A program made the position numbers and the translations under genes. The notes beneath the pieces were generated by a model. The model did no database searches. It saw only the letters and a list, made by a program, of their open reading frames with translations, and was not told where the DNA came from. A stretch of 64,000 nucleotides of DNA, taken from Pseudolysinimonas sp. GTDB taxonomy: Bacteria > Actinomycetota > Actinomycetes > Actinomycetales > Microbacteriaceae. Shown one piece after another: positions 57,116 through 64,000 of the stretch (positions are counted from its first letter, which is position 1; each line of letters starts with the position of its first letter). The DNA lies in NCBI GenBank assembly GCA_041984585.1, contig JBHIXX010000007.1, forward strand, positions 1,623-65,622, written 5' to 3'.

Positions 57116-58441
57116 TCAGAGCAGCGCGCTGACCGGGTTCTCGATCCGCCGCACGAACGCCGCCATCCACTCGGCTGCCACCGCGCCGTCGACGACGCGG
57201 TGGTCCGCGGAGAGGGTGACCGTCATCACCGTGCCGACCACCAGCTCGCCGTCGTCGACGACGGGCTGCTGCTTCGCCGCGGACACGGCGAGGATGCCCG
57301 ACTGGGGCGGGTTGAGGATCGCGCTGAACTCGTCGACCCCGTACATCCCGAGGTTCGATACCGAGAAGCTGCCGCCCTCGAGCTCGTGCTGCTTGATCCG
57401 GCCCGCGCGCGCCCGTTCGGCGAGGTCGGCCACGGCGGCCGCCACCTCGGTGATCGGCATCCGGTCGACGCCGCGGAGCACCGGGGTGAGCAGTCCGTCA
57501 CCGATGGCGACGGCGACCGCGATGTCGGCCTGGCCGAAGCGGACGATGTGGTCCCCGCCCCAGATCGCGTTCGCGGCCGGGACCTCGAGCAAGGCGCCGG
57601 CGACCGCCTTGAGCACGAAGTCGTTCACCGAGATCTTGCGCGGTGCGGCCTCGTTGACCTCGCGGCGCAGCGCGAGCAGACGATCCACCCGGCAGTGGGC
57701 GGTGACGTAGAAGTGCGGCACCGTCGTCTTGCTCTCGGTGAGCCGGCGCGCGATGGCGCGGCGCATCCCGGTGAGCGGCACGGTCTCGCCCTCGGCAGGT
57801 GCCGTCGGCGCGGCGGCGTGAGCCGCCGGAGTCGGCGGAGCCGTCGGAGCTGCGTCGAGGTCGCGCCGCACGATGCGTCCGCCCGGGCCCGTCCCCTCGA
57901 TGGCGTCGAGGTCGATGCCGCGCTCCTTGGCGAGGCGACGCACGATCGGACTCGCGAACCGTCGGCCCGGGTGGGGCCCCTCCGGCGGAGATGACGCCAC
58001 CCGCGTCTCCGCCGGAGGAGTGGAAGCGCCGGTCGCGGAGTCCGCGGACGGCGGGTCGAGTGGGGCCGACGACGCGGCGCGAGCCTCGACGGCGGGCGGC
58101 TCCGCGGAGGCAGCAGCCTCCGACGGGCCGGTCGCGTTCGGCTCGGCGGACTCGTCGGCGCCGGCGGCCGCGAGCGCGGGGCCGATCGCGTCGTCGCCCT
58201 CGCCGTCGGCGAGCAGCACGGCGATCGGCGTGCCGACCGCGACGTTGTCGCCCGCCTCGACGAGCAGGCGGCCGACCGTTCCCGACGCCTCGGCGGCGTA
58301 CTCGACGACGGCCTTCTCGGTCTCGATCTCGGCGATCGGATCGCCCTCGGCGACGCTCTGCCCCGGGCTCGCCAACCAGGACTGGATGGCGGCCTCGGTC
58401 ACCCCGGCGAGGGCGGCGGGCATCCGAACGACGGTGGCCAT
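57116..58441 (-). CDS. 2-oxoacid dehydrogenase E2 (dihydrolipoamide acyltransferase)
   Basis: N-terminal lipoyl domain (IAEIETEKAVVEY), an Ala/Pro linker, an E3/E1-binding domain (ASPIVRRLAKERGIDL), and a catalytic domain (LSADHRVVDGA). ATGA overlap with the E1 stop. Confidence 0.9.
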   Translation of the reverse strand: MATVVRMPAALAGVTEAAIQSWLASPGQSVAEGDPIAEIETEKAVVEYAAEASGTVGRLLVEAGDNVAVGTPIAVLLADGEGDDAIGPALAAAGADESAEPNATGPSEAAASAEPPAVEARAASSAPLDPPSADSATGASTPPAETRVASSPPEGPHPGRRFASPIVRRLAKERGIDLDAIEGTGPGGRIVRRDLDAAPTAPPTPAAHAAAPTAPAEGETVPLTGMRRAIARRLTESKTTVPHFYVTAHCRVDRLLALRREVNEAAPRKISVNDFVLKAVAGALLEVPAANAIWGGDHIVRFGQADIAVAVAIGDGLLTPVLRGVDRMPITEVAAAVADLAERARAGRIKQHELEGGSFSVSNLGMYGVDEFSAILNPPQSGILAVSAAKQQPVVDDGELVVGTVMTVTLSADHRVVDGAVAAEWMAAFVRRIENPVSALL

Positions 58442-60645
58442 CAGCGGGCCCCCATCCCGGCGCGCACCCGCTCGAGGCCGGCGACGACCTCTTCGGTGCG
58501 GGCGATGGCCGCGCGCTCGAGCACCTTCGAGATGCTCGGCGACGCCTCGCTGCCGGTGACCCGCTGCACCGGCTGGTCGAGCCAGTCGAACAGGCGCCGC
58601 TGGATTTCGTCGGCGAGCCAGCCGCCGTACGAGGTGCCCTGCGCCCCCTGCTCCACGATGAGCACCGCGTTGGTCTTCTTGACGCTCGCCTCGATGGTGT
58701 CCCAGTCGATCGACGCGCGGTCGAGCCAGCGCAGATCGATCAGCTCGGCGTCGACGCCGGTCTGCTCGATCGCCTCGAGCGAGTGATGCACCATCGACAG
58801 GTAGGAGATGACGGTCACGTCGGACCCCTCGCGGCGGATCGCGGCGGACCCCGGCGGGATCACGTAGTCGAGGTCCCCCTCGGGCACGCGGTCCGCGCGC
58901 CCGTAGAGGTCCACATGCTCGATGACCAGCACCGGGTCCTCCAACGCCAGCGCGGCGTTCATGAGCCCGACGTAGTCGGCGGCCGTCGACGGGGCGACGA
59001 TGCGCCATCCGGGGCTCGTCGCGAAGATGCCGGCCGGGTCCATCAGGTGCTGGGAGCCGTAGCCCGATCCCATGGCCACCTTGGTGCGCAGCACGAGCGG
59101 CACCGGATTCTCGCCGCCGAACATGTGACGCGCCTTGCCGATCTGGTTGAACACCTGGTCGGCGGCGACCCACATGAAGTCCGGGTACATGAACTCCACA
59201 ACGGGCCGGAAGCGTCCGTCGAGCGCCATGCCGCCCGCGAGGCCGGTGAAGGCGTTCTCGCTGATCGGGGTGCCGAGCACGCGGCCGTCCGCGGCGGTCT
59301 GGTCGCCGAACTTCGCGGCGAGCCCCTTGGTGGCTCCGTTGGTGCCCCCGCCGAGGCGATGCACGTCCTCACCGAGCACGATGATGCGGTCGTCCTGCGA
59401 CATCCGGCGGTCCATGACCCCCGAGACGGCCTCCACATACTTGAGGTCGCGCCACTCACCGTCCATGGCGAGCGGTTCGCCCGCCGTCAGGGACTCCAGC
59501 TCGGAGGCGTCGCCGCGGATGCCGACGTCGACGAATCCCGGATCGGGCCAGAGCTCGGGGCGGATGCGGCGGGTACCCGCCGACTCGGGGTCGGGCTCGA
59601 CGAGTTCACCCACGGCGGCCACCATCGCGGCCTGCGCCTGCTCGCGCACGGCCGCGACCCCGGCCTCGTCGATGTGGCCGAGCTTCATCATCTCGGCGGC
59701 GACGCGGCCGAGCGGGTCGCGGGCGCGCCACTCCTTCTCCTCGTCCTTGCTGCGGTAGCCGAAGGCGCTGCCGGGGTAGGGGCCGTTCTGGTGGAAGAAG
59801 CGGTAGACCTCGGCCTCGACCACGGCGGGGCCGTCGCCGGCGCGCATCCGCTCCGCCGCCTGCTCCATCGCGAGGTGCACGGCGAGCGGGTCCATGCCGT
59901 CGACGCGCCAGGACGGGATCGCGAAGCCCTGACCGCGGATCGAGAACCGCGGGTCGGCCGAGATCTCGTCGGCGCGGGTGGCGACGGCGTAGAGGTTGTT
60001 CTCGATGAAGAACGCGACCGGCAGTTTCCACGTCGCGGCGAGGTTCATCGATTCGAGCACCGAGCCGATCTGGCTCGCGCCGTCGCCGAAGTAGTTGATG
60101 GTGAGGTCGGTCGTGCCGGAGTGCTTCTGCGACCAGGCGTTGCCGGCCGCCATCGCGGCGCCGCCGCCGACGATGGCGTTGGTGCCGAGCGCGCCCGCCT
60201 CGAACCACTGCAGGTGCATCGACCCGCCGCGGCCGCGGCAGTAGCCCTGGGCGAGACCGAGGATCTCGGCCAGGGTGCGCTGCAGCACCTCCTGGATCTG
60301 CGGCGTCACGAGGGAAGCCAGGTCGAGGTGGGGGCCGGCGACGTGGGTGAGCGCTTTCGCGAGGAACTGGTGGTGGCCGCGGTGCGAGCCGTTGACCGCG
60401 TCGCTGGAGCGCAGCCCGATGATCGAGCCGACCGCGCCGCCCTCCTGACCGATGCTGGAGTGGGCGGGTCCGTGCACGAGGTTCTCCCCCGCGAGCTCGA
60501 GCACCGTCTCCTCGAATGCCCGGATGAGGTGCAGCTGCCCCAGCATCCCCGCCAACAGGGCCGGGTCGGCGGCCTTCCAGTCGGCCGCGGTGGTCGTCAA
60601 CTGGATCCAGTCGACCCCGGTCTCGAGTCGTCGCGTCCTCGGCAT
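58441..60645 (-). CDS. fused alpha-beta E1 component of a 2-oxoacid (acetoin/pyruvate/branched-chain type) dehydrogenase
   Basis: The alpha part carries the TPP motif GDGASQIGSVLESMNLAATWKLPVAFFIENN. The beta part (RIIVLGEDV..., TPISENAFTG) continues in the same 734-aa frame. ATG at 60645 preceded by AAGGAAAG. Confidence 0.85.
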   Translation of the reverse strand: MPRTRRLETGVDWIQLTTTAADWKAADPALLAGMLGQLHLIRAFEETVLELAGENLVHGPAHSSIGQEGGAVGSIIGLRSSDAVNGSHRGHHQFLAKALTHVAGPHLDLASLVTPQIQEVLQRTLAEILGLAQGYCRGRGGSMHLQWFEAGALGTNAIVGGGAAMAAGNAWSQKHSGTTDLTINYFGDGASQIGSVLESMNLAATWKLPVAFFIENNLYAVATRADEISADPRFSIRGQGFAIPSWRVDGMDPLAVHLAMEQAAERMRAGDGPAVVEAEVYRFFHQNGPYPGSAFGYRSKDEEKEWRARDPLGRVAAEMMKLGHIDEAGVAAVREQAQAAMVAAVGELVEPDPESAGTRRIRPELWPDPGFVDVGIRGDASELESLTAGEPLAMDGEWRDLKYVEAVSGVMDRRMSQDDRIIVLGEDVHRLGGGTNGATKGLAAKFGDQTAADGRVLGTPISENAFTGLAGGMALDGRFRPVVEFMYPDFMWVAADQVFNQIGKARHMFGGENPVPLVLRTKVAMGSGYGSQHLMDPAGIFATSPGWRIVAPSTAADYVGLMNAALALEDPVLVIEHVDLYGRADRVPEGDLDYVIPPGSAAIRREGSDVTVISYLSMVHHSLEAIEQTGVDAELIDLRWLDRASIDWDTIEASVKKTNAVLIVEQGAQGTSYGGWLADEIQRRLFDWLDQPVQRVTGSEASPSISKVLERAAIARTEEVVAGLERVRAGMGAR

Positions 60646-60708
60646 CGTCGCCACTTTCCTTGCGCTCTGCGGTCGTGGACCGCTCTTGCGGGCGACGGTA
60701 TCCCATGA

Positions 60709-60723
60709 TTGAATCCAATTCAA
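60709..60723. promoter_or_regulatory. palindrome TTGAAT-CCA-ATTCAA in the divergent promoter region (candidate GntR operator)
   Basis: Perfect 6-bp arms in the AT-richest stretch between the E1 gene and the VOC-GntR-ALDH operon. Confidence 0.35.
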
Positions 60724-60800
60724 GCCCTCGGGCTCGCTCAGGTTGCGAATCACCCCGAGATGGGCTGCGGGTTGTATCCACTACGACGAGGAGGTCGTCC

Positions 60801-61328
60801 ATGGCTCCCCTTCCCGGGATGCGCGGCGCCGACCACATCGGCATCACCGTGCCCGACCTCGATGCGGCAGAGCGATTCCTCGTCGACGTGCTCGGAGCCG
60901 TCCCCGTGTACACGCTCGGCGCGAAGCGCGCCGACGACGACTGGATGACGGTGCACCTCGGCGTTCATCCCCGCACCGTGATCCGCGAGATCCGCTTCTA
61001 CCGTCTCGGCACCGGACTCAACCTCGAGGTCTTCCACTACGACGCCGCCGACGGGCAGGCCCCGCCCCCGCGCAACAGCGACCTCGGCGGGCACCACATC
61101 GCCCTCTACGTCGACGACATGGACGCCGCCGAGGCGTATCTCCGGGAGCAGGGCGTCGAGGTGATGGGCGCCCCGGTGGCGAGCGCCGGCGCCTCCGCCG
61201 GGCAGCGCTGGCTGTACTTCCGCGCCCCCTGGGGCCTGCAGTTCGAGCTCGTGAGCTTCCCCGACGGCAAGGCCTACGAGGCGGACGCTAGCGTCAAGCT
61301 GTGGCATCCCGCGAAGCCGACCGAATGA
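60801..61328 (+). CDS. VOC/glyoxalase-family protein
   Basis: ADHIGITVPDLDAAERFLVDVLG...GGHHIALYVDDMDAAEAYL are paired beta-alpha-beta-beta-beta motifs. GAGGAGG lies upstream of the ATG at 60801. Confidence 0.75.
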   Translation: MAPLPGMRGADHIGITVPDLDAAERFLVDVLGAVPVYTLGAKRADDDWMTVHLGVHPRTVIREIRFYRLGTGLNLEVFHYDAADGQAPPPRNSDLGGHHIALYVDDMDAAEAYLREQGVEVMGAPVASAGASAGQRWLYFRAPWGLQFELVSFPDGKAYEADASVKLWHPAKPTE

Positions 61329-62005
61329 GCGCCGTGACCCCCCTGCCTACGGGCACCCTCGACGGCCACGGCGCCGCCGGGGCCCGTATCGCGGCCGGGC
61401 TGCGCGAGGCGATCCTCGCCGGCGAGTACGCGCCCGGCGACCGCATCCGCCAGGAGGACCTCGCCGGGCGCCACGGCGCCAGTCGCCTGCCGGTGCGCGA
61501 GGCGCTGCGGATGCTGCAGGCCGAGGGCTTGGTGACGCTCGTCGCCAATACCGGCGCGTGGGTGTCGAGCCTCAGCCTCGCCGACTGCGAGGAGCTCTAC
61601 CAGGTGCGCGAGCGCCTCGAGCCGCTCCTGCTGCGGCTCAACCTCCCGCTGCTGCGACCCGACGAGATCGACCGGCTCGCCGACCTCGCCCGGCGGATGG
61701 AGCAGACGGAGGACGACGAGGAGTTCCTGCAGCTCGACCGCGACTTCCACCTCTCCTGCTACGGCGCCGTCGAGACCGAGATGCTCGGCGAGACCGTGCT
61801 GCGGCTGTGGAACCGCACCCACCACTACCGGCGGGCGTTCACCCGGGTGTTCCACGCCGAGGGCGACCGCAGCGTGCACCACGAGCACCACCTGCTCGTG
61901 AACGCCATCCGCCGCGGCGATGCCGACGAGGCCGAGCGCGTGCTCGCCGCCCACATCCGCCGCACCCGCCTCGGGCTGGGGCGGCATCCCGAGGTCTTCG
62001 AGTAG
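61325..62005 (+). CDS. GntR-family transcriptional regulator (FadR/FCD subfamily)
   Basis: An N-terminal wHTH (LREAILAGEYAPGDRIRQEDLAGRHGASRLPVREALRMLQAEGLV) plus a helical FCD-like C-terminus with His residues. ATGA overlap with the VOC stop. Confidence 0.85.
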   Translation: MSAVTPLPTGTLDGHGAAGARIAAGLREAILAGEYAPGDRIRQEDLAGRHGASRLPVREALRMLQAEGLVTLVANTGAWVSSLSLADCEELYQVRERLEPLLLRLNLPLLRPDEIDRLADLARRMEQTEDDEEFLQLDRDFHLSCYGAVETEMLGETVLRLWNRTHHYRRAFTRVFHAEGDRSVHHEHHLLVNAIRRGDADEAERVLAAHIRRTRLGLGRHPEVFE

Positions 62006-62060
62006 AGCGGCCGGCCGCACCGCCGGCGCACGGCATCACCACCACAGGAAGGACGTCCAG

Positions 62061-63437
62061 ATGGCCATCGCCGTCGTCAACCCCGCCACCGGCATCACCG
62101 AGCGCGAGTTCACCCCGCACACCGCCGCCGAGGTCGAGGAGCGCCTCGCCGCCGCCCAGTCCGCCTTCGAGGCGCTGCGCGGCACGTCGTTCGCCGAGCG
62201 CGGGGCCTGGATGCGCGCCGGGGCGGACATCCTCGAGGCGGAGGTCGACGGCCTCGCCGCGATGATCACCCGCGAGATGGGCAAGCCGATCGCCGCCTCC
62301 CGCGCCGAGGTGCTCAAGTGCGCCAAGGTGATGCGCTACTACGCCGACCACGCGGAGGAGTTCCTCGCCGACGAGCCGCTCGCCGACCCGTCAAGCGTCA
62401 ACGCGTCGCGCGCGTTCGCCCGCTACCAGCCCCTCGGGGTCGTGCTCGCCGTGATGCCCTGGAACTACCCGCTGTGGCAGGTGATGCGGTTCGCCGCCCC
62501 CGCGCTCATGGCCGGGAACACCGGGGTGCTCAAGCACGCCTCCAACGTTCCCGAGTCGGCGGTGTTCCTGGAGGAGCTGTTCGAACGGGCCGGGTTCCCC
62601 CGCGGCGCCTTCGTGACGCTGCTCATCGGCGCCCGCGAGGTGGCTCCCGTGATCGAGGACCCGCGGGTGCGGGCCGTCACCCTGACCGGCTCCGAGCCGG
62701 CCGGCCGCTCCGTCGCATCGACCGCGGCCGCCCAGGTGAAGAAGGCCGTGCTCGAACTCGGCGGATCCGACCCCTACGTCGTCATGCCGAGCGCCGACCT
62801 CGACGCCGCGATCGCCACCGCCGTGACCGCCCGCACCCTCAACAACGGGCAGTCCTGCATCGCCGCGAAGCGGTTCATCGTGCACACTGACGTCTACGAC
62901 CGGTTCGTCGAGGGCTTCACCGCAGCGATGGGCGCGCTCACCATGGGCGACCCGATGGACGAGTCGGTGCAGATCGGTCCCGTGGCGACCGAGTCGGGAC
63001 GCGACGAGCTCGCCGAGCTGGTTGACGACGCCCGTGACAGGGGCGCCGACATCCTGGTCGGCGGCGAGGTGCCCGACCGGCCCGGCTGGTTCTACCCCGC
63101 CACCGTCGTCGCCGGCGTCACCCCCGGAATGCGGCTGCACCTCGAGGAGGCGTTCGGCCCGGTCGCGACCGTCTATCGCGTCGCCGATATCGACGAGGCG
63201 CTCGCCATCGCCAACGGCACGGACTTCGGCCTCTCCTCCGCGGCGTGGACCACCGACCCGGCGGAGCAGGCGCGCTTCGCGACGGAGCTGGAGGCGGGGG
63301 CGGTGTTCATCAACGGAATGACGATCTCCTACCCCGAGCTGCCGTTCGGGGGGATCAAGAACTCCGGGTACGGCCGGGAGCTCGCCGCGGCCGGAATCCG
63401 GGAGTTCTGCAACCTCAAGACCGTCTGGGAGGGCTGA
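62061..63437 (+). CDS. NAD(P)-dependent aldehyde dehydrogenase (succinate-semialdehyde dehydrogenase-like)
   Basis: VMPWNYPLWQV, LELGGSDP and NNGQSCIAAKRF (catalytic Cys), and PFGGIKNSGYGRE. Confidence 0.9.
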   Translation: MAIAVVNPATGITEREFTPHTAAEVEERLAAAQSAFEALRGTSFAERGAWMRAGADILEAEVDGLAAMITREMGKPIAASRAEVLKCAKVMRYYADHAEEFLADEPLADPSSVNASRAFARYQPLGVVLAVMPWNYPLWQVMRFAAPALMAGNTGVLKHASNVPESAVFLEELFERAGFPRGAFVTLLIGAREVAPVIEDPRVRAVTLTGSEPAGRSVASTAAAQVKKAVLELGGSDPYVVMPSADLDAAIATAVTARTLNNGQSCIAAKRFIVHTDVYDRFVEGFTAAMGALTMGDPMDESVQIGPVATESGRDELAELVDDARDRGADILVGGEVPDRPGWFYPATVVAGVTPGMRLHLEEAFGPVATVYRVADIDEALAIANGTDFGLSSAAWTTDPAEQARFATELEAGAVFINGMTISYPELPFGGIKNSGYGRELAAAGIREFCNLKTVWEG

Positions 63438-63450
63438 CCTCCCGGTCGGC

Positions 63451-63476
63451 GAGCGGCGGCCGATCGGCCGCCGCTC
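63451..63476. terminator. 26-nt perfect palindrome between convergent genes
   Basis: GAGCGGCGGCCGATCGGCCGCCGCTC, between the ALDH stop (63437) and the M24 stop (63493). Confidence 0.7.
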
Positions 63477-63492
63477 GGTACTCGGCCGCCCC

Positions 63493-64000
63493 TCAGTACT
63501 CGTTGGCGACGAACAGCTCCTGCGCCGGGAACTTGGTCAGGATCTCGGTCCCGTGCTCGGTGAGCACGACCTCCTCCTCGATGCGCGCGGCCGAGATCCC
63601 GTCGCTGGCGGGAAAATAGGTCTCCATCGCGAACACCATCCCGGGGCGCAGCTCGACCGGGTCGGCGAACGAGTTGAGGCGCGAGATGATCGGCCGCTCG
63701 TGGAGGCCCAGTCCGAGTCCGTGGGCGAACTGTAGCCCGAAGGCAGCCAGCTCGTTGTCGAACCCGAAGTCGGTCGCCTTGGGCAGCACCGCAGCGACCT
63801 CGTCGGTCCCCACCCCGGGCTTGATCGCATCGATCGCGATGTCCATCCACTCCCGTGCCTTCTTGTAGGCGTCGCGCTGGATCGGCGTCGCGCTCCCGAC
63901 GTTGAATGTGCGGTAGTAGCAGGTGCGGTAGCCGTTGTACGAGTGGATGATGTCGAAGAACGCCTGGTCGCCTGGTCGGATGATTCGGTCCGTGAAATTG
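63493..64000 (-). CDS. M24-family metallopeptidase (Xaa-Pro dipeptidase/creatinase-like), N-terminal part beyond the window
   Basis: The frame is open from the window end: FTDRIIRPGDQAFFDIIHSYNGYRTCYYRTFNVG...HGLGLGLHERP...MVFAMETY...ARIEEEVV, the pita-bread fold motifs. Confidence 0.8.
   Translation of the reverse strand, partial: NFTDRIIRPGDQAFFDIIHSYNGYRTCYYRTFNVGSATPIQRDAYKKAREWMDIAIDAIKPGVGTDEVAAVLPKATDFGFDNELAAFGLQFAHGLGLGLHERPIISRLNSFADPVELRPGMVFAMETYFPASDGISAARIEEEVVLTEHGTEILTKFPAQELFVANEY

Noticed and set aside
57799-60708. A 969-aa plus-strand ORF opposite the E2 and E1 genes. Similar cases are 6686..9352 (888 aa) and 43648..46242 (864 aa).
   Set aside because: These are antisense to clearly identifiable genes (E1/E2, the ABC ATPase and BMP gene, groEL). 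They are low-complexity Arg/Gly/Asp-rich translations with no motifs.

Overview
This is a visibly very GC-rich, gene-dense chromosomal segment. It reads as actinobacterial core genome, possibly Microbacteriaceae-like (inference from protein families and gene order only). I call about 57 protein genes and one tRNA-Thr(UGU). I see no rRNA, CRISPR array, transposase or integrase.

Gene content, left to right:
- Nucleoside uptake and salvage: add, a nucleoside hydrolase, and a BMP-lipoprotein ABC importer in one minus-strand operon with cdd-deoA.
- manC plus a GT4 glycosyltransferase, then sdhCDAB.
- An ECF sigma factor covalently fused to a zinc anti-sigma/TM/extracytoplasmic module, then yihY, xthA and trpS.
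- A triad of LuxR-type response regulator, histidine kinase and membrane protein.
- A TrmA-like RNA methyltransferase, maf and an accA3-type biotin carboxylase.
- A small DUF559 insertion, then an lpdA-type flavoprotein, punA, a phosphomutase and an NlpC/P60 hydrolase.
- ideR/dtxR, serC, csp-DUF3027, and XPB helicase with its partner gene.
- An OmpR-type response regulator and kinase, an orphan WXG100 gene, groEL behind two CIRCE operators, and cspA.
- LytR_C/DUF3263/DUF2332 and a 921-aa HtaA-domain surface protein.
- msrB, a nitroreductase, a DMT transporter, a DsbA-like protein, an msiK-type ATPase and DUF4032.
- A fused E1 alpha-beta plus E2 2-oxoacid dehydrogenase, VOC/GntR/aldehyde dehydrogenase, and a partial M24 peptidase.

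The orders add-deoA-cdd-sdhCDAB and lpdA-punA-pmm resemble the M. tuberculosis Rv3303c-Rv3319 neighbourhood (from memory, not searched).

Best leads:
1. Two strong IdeR/DtxR iron boxes sit on the -35 and -10 of the promoter of the repeat-rich HtaA-domain surface protein. The ideR gene is in the same window and no hmuTUV genes are nearby.
2. A candidate c-di-AMP (ydaO-type) riboswitch lies in the leader of the NlpC/P60 gene.
3. The sigma/anti-sigma fusion protein.
4. A hairpin repeat family plus a hexamer microsatellite bracket the DUF559 gene.
5. A TAGnnT -10 box sits 6-8 nt upstream of the start codon of about 14 genes, suggesting leaderless mRNAs.

All calls come from reading translations and sequence by eye. 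No database searches were run.
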